Positions 1 through 11,450 of a stretch of 64,000 bases of DNA are shown here, piece after piece. This DNA comes from Octopus vulgaris (lineage: Eukaryota), in contig OX597816.1 of NCBI GenBank assembly GCA_951406725.2, positions 128,960,001-129,024,000 on the forward strand, given 5' to 3'. Position 1 is the first letter of the stretch, and each line of letters starts with the position of its first letter. The notes beneath the pieces are model-generated. The model was not told the origin of the DNA, made no database searches, and saw only the letters and a list, made by a program, of their open reading frames with translations. The translations under genes and the position numbers were made by a program.

Positions 1-129
1 GGACATATAAAGTCGCACTGTAGAATGAAGATGATGAAATGTCAAAAGAAGGGTAAAAAAATAAATAGTTTGTCATTGGGAAAAAAAAAAAGTGATACAA
101 CAAACAGAAAATTCGTACATGTGAAAATT

Positions 130-695
130 TAAAATACAAGAGTAAAATTGAAATTCGACACAGGTAGGGACATGACTAATATAAATGAAAAGACATGGAA
201 ATGTATCTGTAAGCCAAAATTAATTAAATCTAAAAAGGTAGCACATGGTGTTGTGGGAAAATGATTATATTTTATTGGTGAATGCATATGTAATGTAACA
301 TTTTGAGGTCAAACAAAAAAGGCTAAGATATATGTATTAAATCATTCACTTAATTTATTTGGCACAGAGTGGATACAACTATTTAATTCATGGGATATAC
401 CCATAAGTGTTTTGTGTTGAAATATAGTTGCCTCAGTTGAAGGTTCAAATGAGGCCAAAGGACTGAAACAAAAAGTTGCAGTAAAACACGAAACACCTGT
501 ATGTAGGCCAAAAAGAAATGTACTGTCTACAGCAATAGACCAGGTTAACAAAGAACTGGAAAGACTGGAAAGTCTTGGTATAACTGAAAAGAATGACCAT
601 GCAGACTGGGCAACAGCAATGGTTTATGTGAAAAAGAAGAATGACAAATGAAGAGTTTGTACAGTTTTTTCAACAAGGGCAAATGATGTTTAAGT
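130..695 (+). mobile_element. Ty3/gypsy pol relic (aspartic protease and start of RT), degenerate
   Basis: Manual translation gives KFDTGRDMT (protease DTG), NLFGTEWI, then RPKRNV..VNKELERLESLG..DWATAMVYVKKKNDK*RVC, matching the gypsy RT N-terminus (WAAPIVxVKKKNGxxRxC). Contains stops and frameshifts. Confidence 0.8.
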
Positions 696-1472
696 CGCAC
701 ATGCTCACATTTGTTAAAAATTAACACACATTATGGCTTATGTGAGAACTCTAGTTGTATGCTGTTCGTGATTAAAGGTGAAGGAGGTAATTATGTTTTT
801 TTATATGAATCCTGTTTATGTTTTCTTACTGGTACTCTAATTATTGTTCTTGTTGCTCTTGGTTTTGTTTAAACTCAGGTCAACCTTAATGAAAGTGTTT
901 CAACCATGAACAACATATATTCCTACTGGACATTACACATCTACAACTAAGGTGTGTAAGGTAGTAGTGTGTAATCAGAGTGGTATTTAGCTGCTATTAC
1001 TAGCAAGTTCAGTGTCCACTACAAGAACTTTCATTAGCTCTTAGTGTGTCTGGAGAAGAGACACTATTAACAATAATGGAACAATTACCAAAATGCAAAT
1101 TAGCTTCCTACTAGTAAGATAAACATCATTTTCTCTATAGCTGCATGCTGTAACAGAATCTGGTAAAGGTTAATGAGCCAGAAACTGCTACAGTTGTTCC
1201 AGTATACATGCAATTTGGCCCAAGTACTTAGGTTATATGCTGTAATTCCTTTCACAAAAAGATTTCAAATGCTCAAATTTAGGAAACTGAACATCACTTA
1301 AATGTATATGATGTATGGCATCTCACACACATACACACACATATATACATATGCTTATATACATAAACACACACAAGAGCACACACATGCATACACACAC
1401 ACACACACACACATCATATATCCAAAATAGAAGTACACTCTAAAGCATATAGAAGTAATGTATTAAAAGTAA

Positions 1473-1877
1473 TTGAGTCTATGTCTGGTCATTGAGTGAA
1501 CAATGGTTTTGCACCCACAAAGGGCTTAGCGCTGTGGACGGCCCATCAGACACTAAAGCCAAAGACAAAGTGTAATTTTTCATCTCTTGGAGGCAGGAAC
1601 CCGTTATGATCAGTTGGTCAATAAGTCACCAAAGAATAAATATTCTGGGATCAGCAAGGACAGGTTGTTTGTTCTAAGGGAGGTGACCTGTCCTTGCTGA
1701 CCTGGGAGAATTTATTCTTTGGTGACTTACTGACCAACTGATCATTAGAAGTTCCTGCCTCCAAGAGATGAAGAGTTACATTTGTCTTTGGCTCTAGAGT
1801 CTGATGAGTTGTCCATGGGGCTAAGCCCTTTGTGGGTGCAAAACCATTGGTCATTCTATGACCGGACATAGACTTAA
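1473..1877. repeat. Inverted repeat (about 190-bp arms, 20-nt loop); probable Penelope-like pLTR foldback
   Basis: 1473-1665 is an imperfect reverse complement of 1686-1877. Each arm carries a hammerhead-like motif. Confidence 0.9.
1796..1857 (+). ncRNA. Type I hammerhead ribozyme-like motif (GAAA mutated to AAAA)
   Basis: AGAGT-CTGATGA-G[stem II]C-aAAA-CCATTG-GTC-ATTCT. Stem I is AGAGT/ATTCT, stem III is the palindrome ACCA-T-TGGT, and the triplet is GUC. A mirror copy lies on the minus strand at about 1493-1554. Confidence 0.7.
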
Positions 1878-2464
1878 CTACACAAATATGTATATATATA
1901 TATATATATATATCATTCCCATTGTTTTGATATCTACTTTCCCATACTTGCAAGGGCCAGATGGAATTCATTGAAGCTGATTTTCTATGGCCAGATGCCT
2001 TTCCAATAGCCAACCCTCACTTGTTTCCAAACAAGTTTAAATTTTCCTATGCTTGGACATGTTTGCTCAGAAGATTGAAAACAAAGGGCAACACTTGTAA
2101 TATGATGACACTCATTTACGAGTCTAAAGTGCAAATACAAGGAGAAACACACACACACAAATGTACATGAATATACACACACATATATGCATAAAGATAC
2201 ACACATGTACACACATACATAAATGTATATACATATACATACATGCATAAAGACACATACATGAACACACACATCACACATACACATGCACAAATGTACA
2301 TAAATATACAAATATACATATGCATAAAGACACACACTCACACACATACATAAATGTACATAAGTATACACACACATATATGCATAAAGGCATACATGCA
2401 CACACACATACACACACACAAATCTACATAAATACATACATGCACATTATACATACACACACAT

Positions 2465-2505
<41 letters not shown>

Positions 2506-2896
2506 ATAAACATTTACAGCTGCAAATTAGTAGCTCCTTTTTTCTGTAGCTACTGGATTTGTTAAGTATATAAACAGATTGGCTGGTAATTTCTCTGGGA
2601 TTAATCAAACTGATGTAGGCACCTCTGATAAGAACTCAATGAGGTCCAAAATCAATGAAAGCTGTTTGTCATTTTCCAATCTATGGAGAAATTGCTAAAT
2701 CCATTCTGTTTATATATCTATTGTAGAAGTTACATATATATATATATATATATATACTTACGTATAGGGTCAAAAAGGGGTACGTAGCCACCATGTATAT
2801 ATGTAAAAGTAAAAAAATATACAAATGGGACAAGAACGTGAAACATTTAGAAGACAACACAAAAAACATGGACGGGACATTCAAAGCCACTTTTAC

Positions 2897-2937
<41 letters not shown>

Positions 2938-3157
2938 TAAAAATTTTGTATTAAGGTATACACCTTGTAGCATGCTGTTTAAAGCTTACTCACAGTATTC
3001 AGCTATCTGATGTTATCAGCAGTATAGAGACATGTGCCATTGGATTTACTTCAGGAATTCCTTTGTGTCTGTAGAGTTTATAAAAATTGTGCGTCAGTTC
3101 CTTGAGCTATATACATACATATATACATATATATATATATAATAATAATAATAATAA

Positions 3158-4044
3158 TCAAGGGGTTGCAGTCTGGGGAATGGGTGTGTCTGAGTTTCTT
3201 ATCAGGCAGGTAGTACCTGAAGACATTTGGTATTCCCACACAAGATGAGAAAGGGCCAATTTTGGTCCCAAGCCATCAAAGACAAGAAGAAAGACTGCAT
3301 TATGAAGCTTTTGAACAAACTCAAGCATACCCTCCAACCGAACATGCTTTGGATTTTTGAAGATGAGAAAAATGTCAGCAACACGGGGCAACTGTTGGCT
3401 TGCTGTATACCCAAAACATGTACTGAGAGTGATAAAAGTCAAACATCCAGTCAACATCATGGTGTTTGGAGTGATCAGTAGTGATAGCAACGTTATGCTT
3501 CCATTCGTCTTCCCACACAACCTCAGACTCAACACGGAGGCCTACATCAAGTGCCTGGAGGAGGTAGTGCTGCTCTGGGTGAAGAGGGTGGCTGCTGGCA
3601 GACCCTATGTCTGGCAACAAAACTCTGCACCATTCTACACAGGCAGGAGAACCCAGTCATGACTGTCAGACAATTTCTGTGACCACATCACCCCTAATAT
3701 CTGGCCACGTAATTCCCCAGACTGCAACCCCTTGATTATTATGCGTGGGGTGTTGTTGAATGAGAGACCAACAAAAGTCCTTGAAACAACAAAGATGAAC
3801 TGAAGGCAAGGATTATGGCAGCATACACCAACTTACAGAAGGAGACTGCCCAGAAGAGTTGCAGGAGATTCTGAAGTCATCTGGAAGCCATGGTAGAAGC
3901 CAATAGGAATTTTATTGAATAAATTTACTCTCTAGTATTTCAAGATATTTTCATGTAATTTTGGAAAAATATATCTGTTAAAATGAGATGTCAGTGTTAT
4001 TTTCCTTTTTGTGTAATCTAGATGACAATTTATTCATCTCACCT

Positions 4045-4048
<4 letters not shown>
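3158..4048 (+). mobile_element. Tc1/mariner superfamily, DD37D (maT)-type transposase relic with right end
   Basis: IFEDEK..KHPVNIMVFGVISSD..YVWQQNSAP..WPRNSPDCNP(L)DYY, with 37 residues between the second catalytic position (here N) and the third D. Ends CTCACCTTG|TA into (TA)n. Multiple stops and frameshifts. Confidence 0.85.
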
Positions 4049-4079
<31 letters not shown>

Positions 4080-4427
4080 TGTATTAGCTACTATAGCTGG
4101 TTTTAGGATACTTTGAGCTTTCTCTTAGGGTATATTAATATAGTATATTCTCTATTTAGTTTTGTTACAGTAATATAATGCTATTTATTGTTTTCTGTTG
4201 GGAAATAATTTGGCTTTTTTGAGTAGGGGTGAATATAATGATTGAAAGCCACTTATAACTTAAGTGTTATCATTATACACAAATCCGAACTATATAACAC
4301 CTTAGAGAAATATACTCATGAAACGCTATGAATATTAACGACATGTATGTATAATATTTTCTTCGTGTTCATTTAACCGCAATAAGAAAATATAATTTAA
4401 TGATTACAGAAATGCATATTTATTTAG

Positions 4428-5520
4428 GATCTTTTCCTTTTGAACGACACTTTTCAACACAATTTCTAGTTAACTAAGCACTTTTAAACTTCGCATACTG
4501 GTAGAATGTGTTTATAAAACATCATTTTTTCTTGGCTTTATTGAGAAAATTCTATATGTTGTAATATATTTTTCGTCTTTAATTTGAAGCATTTCGGCAA
4601 TTTTAAGCAATCGCTGACCTCCATTTAGGTAAATAACATTCTGTGCATAATAAATATGTCCCTCCTTTAAGAAACAGATTGGGTTTATTTACATTTGTTA
4701 AGAAAAAAGATACCCTTCCCCCACCCCTAACCCTAAGTAACCCTAAATCTAAAGTAGATTGAAATGTAATAGATCGATACTAGGGTCATAATTATGGGTG
4801 ACATTTTCATTTGACACCGCTAGAAAAAAATCCCATTTTCCGTAGCGGTGTCATATGAAATTGTCACCCATAATTATAACCCTAGTATCGATCTATTGCA
4901 TTTCAATCTATTTTAGATTTAGGGTTAGAGTTAGGGTGAGTTAGGGTTAGGGGATCTTTTCCTTTTGAACGGCACTCTGTAACATAATTTCTAGTTAACT
5001 AAACACTTTTACACTTCGCATACTGGTAGAATGTGTTTATAAATCATCATTTTTTTCTTGGCTTTATTGAGAAAATTCTATATGTTGTAACATATTTCAT
5101 CTTTAATTTCGAGCATTTCGGCAATTTTAACCAATCGCTGACCTCCATTTAGGTAAATAACATTCTGTGCATAATGAATATGTCCCTCCTTTAAGAAACA
5201 GATTGGGTTTATTTACATTTGTGAAGAAAAAAGATACCCTTCCCCCACCCCTAACCCTAACCCAGATCTTTTCCTTTTGAACGGCAGTTTTCAACACAAT
5301 TTCTAGTTAACTAAACACTTTTAAACTGGTAGAATGTGTCAAAATAAAACATTTTTTCTCTTGGCTTGAGAAAATTGTAATTTGTAAGTTTAATATAGTT
5401 TAATTTTTCGAATTTTAACCAATCAATCGCCTCTATTGAGCTAAAAATCATTTGCTGTGTCTAAAACTGATACAACATCCTGTCACTCACCCTAACCCTA
5501 ACCCTAACACTAACCCTAAA
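4428..5520. mobile_element. Cluster of nested or tandem non-autonomous elements carrying (CCCTAA)n telomeric hexamers
   Basis: Three related units start with GATCTTTTCCTTTTGAACG at 4428, 4953 and 5265. CCCTAA/TTAGGG tracts lie at about 4725-4746, 4918-4953, 5249-5263 and 5490-5519. An internal inverted repeat spans 4725-4822/4843-4953. Confidence 0.75.
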
Positions 5521-5754
5521 TTTTAGCCTTTCGTTTTTTTTCTTAATTGTTAAATTAATTTTATTGTTACGCGTGTCTAAAATTATTCGTTTTGCTTTTG
5601 TTTTGAGATACACGTGTATTGTTTAAACTATTTTTCATTGTTTAAGAAAAAAAAAACGAAAGCAATGGAAAATAATTTAAACAATTAACAAACAAAATAA
5701 TTCTATAATTTTATACACGCGCTTCCCGTACGTAAACATTCCAGACGTAAACAT

Positions 5755-8494
5755 AGCATTTTAAATTTTAAAGAAGTTGAATTGGAATTTTTATATAAAG
5801 AAAATTCTTTATCTGCAACTTGATCCTTAGACATTTCTTCCAAATTTATAGTGTTTAGTGAATTTAATGCATCTACATTCATTCTAGAAAGTGCATCTGC
5901 TGCTGAATTTTCAACACCCTTGATATAACGTATATCCACAGTAAATTGTGAAATAAAATCAAGGTGTCCTATTTCTCTAGGAGGATATTTCTCCAAAGAA
6001 CTTTTTAATGCAAATGTTAACAGTTTATAGTCAGTAAATAAAGTAAATGACCTACCTTCAAGAAAATGTCTGAAGTGTTTAATTGACAAATAAGCTGCCA
6101 ACAATTCTCTGCCGAAAACACTATTTAGTTTCTGGTGCTTTGATTTTTTTGAAAAGAATGCTACTGGTTGCCAGGAATTACAATGAAATTGCTGTAGAAC
6201 GCCACCAATTCCAACATCAGAAGCATCAACTATCAATGATAATTCTGCTTCTGGAACCTGATGGTTTAAAAGTGTTGCTTTACACAGTTTCCCTTTAATT
6301 TTTCTAAAAGCTTGTAATTCTGTTTCTTTTAAAGTTATGGATTCATTTTTTTTCTTTCTATTTTTCAATAGCTCAGTTAAGGGATATAGAGTTTCAGTGA
6401 CTTTAGGAATAAATTTTCTGTAAAAATTAACTATCCCTAAAACTTCTCTGAGCTTTCTTAAAGTCTTCGGTACTGGAAATTTTTTAAGAGCTTCAATTTT
6501 CTCTGGTAATGGTCGAATTCCATCTTTATCGATAAGATGACCCAGGAAAGATATAGTGGGTTCACCAAAAACACACTTCGATGGATTTATCACAATGCCA
6601 TAATTCGTCAATCTCTCGAAAATTTATTTTAAATGGTCTTCATGTGCTTCTTCTGATGGACTAGCAATGAGAATATCATCTATATAAGCAAATACGAAAG
6701 GTAAATTTCTTGTTACTTCGTCCATAAATCTTTGGAAAGTGTTTGCTGCATTCCTCAATCCGAAAGGCATGCAAAGAAATTCAAATAAACCAAATGGAGT
6801 GGTAATCGCTGTCTTCGGTATATCTTTTTCGGCAACAGGAATTTGATTGTATGCTCTGACTAAATCGATTTTTGAAAAAAATAGTACAACCACTCAAAGA
6901 AGTTGCAAAATCCATAATGTGTGCAATTGGGTATTTTATCTGCTTTTGTTTTTGAATTAAGTTGCCTAAAATCTCCACAAGGACGCCAGTCAATTAAATT
7001 CTTCTTTGCCATAACTAATGGTGTTGACCAGCTACTACTGGAAGGACCTATTATACCGAGATCCATCATATGACGAAATTCTGCCTTAGCCACCTTCAAT
7101 TTTTCAGGAGATAATCTTCTCGGTTTAGAAAAACTTGGTGGTCCTTGTGTGACGATGTGATGTTCTACCGAATGCACACACTTGGTATTTAGAGCTAACT
7201 GTTTCATGATATTCGGATAATTCTTCAAAATCCTGTGATATCTATTTTCTTAGGACTTTATGAAATACAATGGACTAACTGTGGCTTTTCTGCATCTCAT
7301 TCCTTGAATTTTTAATGAAGTTTTTGTGTCTATCAATTTTTGTTTTCTAACATCTACCATTAAATGATAGTGTGCCAAAAAATCTGCTCCTAATATTGGG
7401 TATGGCAAATCTGCTACTATGAAGATCTACTTATACTCTCTTCTTAAGTTTATATTTAGAGTTAAGCTAATCTCTCCAAATGTTTGGATTTCAGATTGAT
7501 TAACTGCCTGAAGAGTCAAATAAACAGGTTTGTTGTTTTTTTTAAAGCTTAACAGGCCAAATTGAACAAGCTGCTCCTGTATCAACTAAAAGCCTTTCTT
7601 TCGAGTTTAAGTCATAGACGAAAAATACGCGACTTTTTATGATGTTATCCAGATTTTGTCGCATCTAATCTGCGGTTGAGAAGTTTCTCAAATTTTTCTT
7701 CTTTGTGTTTAGGAAATCAAATGCACAAGGTTTAATACATTTGAACGATTTGTCTCCAAATTTTGCATGGTACCAACATATGGCGTTTCTCTTGGAGCTT
7801 GGACTCCTTCGCCATCTTGTATTATTTTGTTGAGCAGAGCGACTGTCTCTTTCGAGTTGTAAACTTTCGATTTTTTTCGTTAATAACTCAAATTGTTTTT
7901 CGTAATTCTTCTTTAACTCCTGTATTTCATTTGAAATAGATGGAATTGCATTCACAGACTCTTTTGACGATAAATCCAGAATACCGTCTGCTACATCTGC
8001 CAACTGTTGAATGGAGTTTTGGTTTTTAACGGCCGAAAGCAAAGTTTGAGTTTTATATGGCAATTTAGTGAAGAACACTTATCTGAGATAAGATTCTTCA
8101 ATCTGCTGATCTCCCAGAAGTTCATTCATCCTTTGAAGAAGTTGTGTGGGTTTTTTATTTCCCAATTCTTCATTGTTAAATAACTTCGCAAACTCTTTTT
8201 GTTTCGAATTTGAAGTTCGTTTCAATATTTCTTCTTTAATGGAAGAATACGAAACTGGTTCGATAAGGTTTAGTAGCAAATTTCATTACTTAGACGTGGA
8301 GGTAAATTGCTAAGCATTATATTGTATTTTTGTTCTTCATTTGTAATTCGGTTAGCTTTAAAGCTTGCCTCCAGTTGTGCCAACCAAATGATCGTGTCTC
8401 CTGTCCACGGAGGACAAGGCAAATAATTTACAGAAGCCTGTATATAATTCCTATCGAAATATGACATTTCAAATTCTTTTAAATTCTGTTCCAT
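5755..8494 (-). mobile_element. Ty3/gypsy LTR retrotransposon, CsRn1/Kabuki-like (gag-PR-RT-RNaseH), frameshifted and truncated before integrase
   Basis: Gag has a CHCC knuckle CWYHAKFGDKSFKCIKPC. Protease LVDTGAACS lies at about 7560-7590. RT shows [36 protein letters not shown] and YIDDILIAS. RNase H shows VDASDVGIGGVL, RELLA, FTDYK and NSAADALSR. Confidence 0.95.
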
Positions 8495-8537
8495 TATATG
8501 TATAAATATTTACTCAAAGGAAAATTTTTTTCGTTAT

Positions 8538-9414
8538 GGTTAACAATTATTTTAAGAATGCTAATGTTAGATTAAAAGAAAGCAGTTAATGTTATGTAAT
8601 AAAACTGCTTTGTATATAAGACTTCATTTTTATTTATCATTATTATTTTATGTAGTGAGAAATCAGGAGAGTAAAGTGGTACATAAGAGAATACAGAAGA
8701 AGTAAATGATTAAAAAACACTGTACTAGACCGATTTAAAAATATATGCCATAATTTGGAATATTATTAGCATACATATTAGTAGATACTTTACAAGTTAG
8801 TAGTAAAACCGCCTATAGGAAAATTGGTGACCCTTGTGAGTCCATAATAAACAGCTCAAAATATAATTTTTATTGCTAGAAAGTGCAGCTAAAAAAATTT
8901 TCGATAGTTTCTTTCTTCAGCATTCTTTTTTTTTACAACTTTACTTTTAACTATTTGTTAATAAAATATTTATGCAATAATTCTGTAATCTATGTTTATT
9001 ATATTATTAAATTTTTCACCAATTTTCTTATTTGGTTACATGAGGGTTCACCAATTTTTCTTATTTATTATGGACTCACGAGGGTCACCAATTTTCCTGT
9101 TTATTATGGACTCACAAGGGTCACCAATTTTCCTATAGGCGGTTTTACTACTAACATGTAAAGTATCTACTAATATGTATGCTAATAATATTCCAAATTA
9201 TGGCATATATTTGTAAATCGGTCTAGTACAGTGTTTTTTAATCATTTACTTCTTCTATATTCTCCTTATGTACCACTTCACTCTCCTGATTTCTCACTAC
9301 ATAAAATAATAATGATAAATAAAAATGAAGTCTTATATACAAAACAGTTTTATTACATAACATTAACTGCTTTCTTTTAATCTAACATTAGCAGTCTTAA
9401 AATAATTGTTAACC
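8538..9414. repeat. Long inverted repeat (about 317-bp arms) covering the putative LTR/PBS leader of the gypsy element
   Basis: 8538-8854 is a near-identical reverse complement of 9097-9414, with a spacer of about 240 bp. Confidence 0.92.
9016..9130 (-). promoter_or_regulatory. Tandem tRNA-Trp-like primer binding sites (about 36-bp repeat)
   Basis: The minus strand reads AATTGGTGACCCTTGTGA and AATTGGTGACCCTCGTGA, plus two decayed AATTGGTGA copies. The tRNA-Trp PBS is TGGTGACCCCGACGTGA and is used by CsRn1-clade elements. Confidence 0.6.
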
Positions 9415-9621
9415 TTTTCATTACTATATTTGTATTGAAATACACTGCTTTTGCTTTGATTCATTTTGAAAATAATGAAGAATTTAGTAATATAACTTTG
9501 TTACTATTAAAGCTGGTGTTTGTAACATAAATTAACATGAAATTTTGACAAGAGGTTTTAATATTGGTAACTTTATAACTAAAAGCATGGATCAGAGGTT
9601 GTTTGAAATGAATTGGTAATA

Positions 9622-10745
9622 GAAGTTAAGTTAATTTTTTGGCTCAAAAAGCAAAAAGCAAGGCCATGTAGGGGGACATGGAGTAATGTACAGGGTAGTG
9701 TTCATGCAAAGAGTTCATGCCATTTCTGGTCAAGAGAGACTTTGAACCAAGTGGTCATCGGCATCTTCACTATCTTGTCTGGCAGCTTATTCCACGGATC
9801 CACAACCCGGACAGAGAAAGCCCCTCTTCTTTGATTGAGATGAAATCGTCGCACATAGAGCTTTTTGGAGTGACCCCGCAGCTGATGCTCTGGAGCAGGA
9901 GTGAAGAACAGCTCTTTCGAGAGGTTACACTTTCCGCTTATGATGTTGTGAGCAAGAATGAGATCACCACGGCGGTGGCGTTTTTCTAGAGAATAAAGGT
10001 CGAGTGTCTTCAGCCGTTCTTCATAAGACAAATGCTTGAGACCAAGAACCATGTGGGTAGCCAGCTTCTGGACTCTTTCGAGATGATCTATGTCTTTGAG
10101 GACATAAGGAGAAGAGGCTTGAATCCCGTACTCCAATATGGGTCTCACCAGCATGACATAGAGTGGTAGGAATATGGCTGCTGTGAGCATTCCGAATGAC
10201 CATCAAATCAAAAACAGAACTCCGCGTGCTTTGTTGGCAGCATGGACACACTGGGCCGAAGGCGAAAAGGAAGAATCCACCAAGATACCCAGGTCCTTTA
10301 CCTGGTCGGTCCTCTCCAGCAGCAGACGACCCAGCTCGAAATCAAGTTGAGTTGCAAGAGAAGAGCCAACAGGCAGATGACAGCACTTTAACACATTCAG
10401 GCACAGGTCCCATTCGTTAGACCATCTCCAAACTTGGTAGAGGCATCGACTAAGATCATCTATATCACCGCAAGGAGCGACCAGTTTGACATCATCGGCA
10501 AATAGAAGGGTGTGTTGAGTGAGGTCGTCGGGCAAGTCATTTATGAAGACTAAGAATAATAAGGGCCCAAGCACTGAACCTTGAGGCATGCCACTGCTCG
10601 CACTGGAGACGTCAGACAGCAAACCATTAACTTAGACTTGGAAGGAGCGATCTGAGAGGAAGGCACCAACCCATTGTACAATATCCAGATGGAAACTATA
10701 TGCTTGAAGCTTGACAAGTAATAGGCAGTGGTTTACCGAGTCAAA
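9622..10745 (-). mobile_element. CR1-clade LINE, 5'-truncated RT C-terminal half
   Basis: SGMPQGSVLGPLLFLVFINDL..LFADDVKL, KDLGILVD, LVRPILEYG..LERVQKLAT..LSYEERL..RRGDLI..LRGHSKKL..FSVRVVDPWNKLP. Confidence 0.93.
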
Positions 10746-10934
10746 GAAGGGAATACAACTGGTAAAAATGATAATACTAACAGTAAAGGCCTCTTCAATG
10801 TAGGAAAAATTTCCTCATTGAAATCAACAAATTACTTCAGGAATCCTCAAGTTTTCCTCCCAACTCAGGTTAAGAATTGTAAATATAAAGAATCTTTAAC
10901 ATCATTCTGCTTGTTAAGGGGCAAACTGAAAGAG

Positions 10935-11130
10935 CCATTAGCATGCTGGGCAAAATGCTTAGTGGTATTTCATCTATCTTCACATTCTGAGTTCAAATTC
11001 CACTGAGGTCGACTTTGCCCTTCATCCTTTCTGGGTCAATAAAATAAGTACCAGTCAAACACAGGGGTCAATGTAACTGACTTTACCCCCTACCTGAAAT
11101 CGCTGGCTTTGTGCCAAAATTTGAAACCAA
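10935..11130 (+). mobile_element. tRNA-derived SINE (family with GTCGACTTTGCCTTTCATCCTTTC core)
   Basis: B-box-like GAGTTCAAATTCC. Homologous copies lie at about 18235-18440(-), 22490-22705(-), 40896-41035(+) and 59240-59400(-). Confidence 0.7.
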
Positions 11131-11199
11131 TATTATTCTAATAGAAATAATACATTTCTAAATCTCTCAGAGAGATTTATGCAGTAGCAGCATGATAAA

Positions 11200-11450
11200 G
11201 TGATTGTATGTTGTCAACTTAATGTGGCAGTCCCATGAAAGGGAAGAATGCTACTGTTATTTAACCCTAGGAAACGCTGTTTCCTTTTGGACTTGACACA
11301 TTTCCTGTGTCCTTATGGTTTCAAAGTGGAGACATAAGAATACAGGAAATGTGTCAAGTCCAATAGGAAACAGTGTTTCCTAGGGCTAAATGACAGTAGC
11401 ATTCTTCCCTTTCATGGGACTGTCACATCAAGTTGACAACATACTATCAC
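11200..11450. repeat. Inverted repeat (about 118-bp arms, about 15-nt loop)
   Basis: GTGATTGTATGTTGTCAACTT...CCTTATG is mirrored by CATAAGA...AAGTTGACAACATACTATCAC. Confidence 0.9.

Noticed and set aside
4725-5520. True telomere or chromosome fusion site
   Set aside because: The hexamer tracts are only 2-5 imperfect units embedded in a repeated element, not long arrays.
5703-6611. 302-aa ORF as a domesticated or functional gene
   Set aside because: It is the RT-end/RNase H piece of a frameshifted gypsy pol, and its C-terminus runs into unrelated flank.
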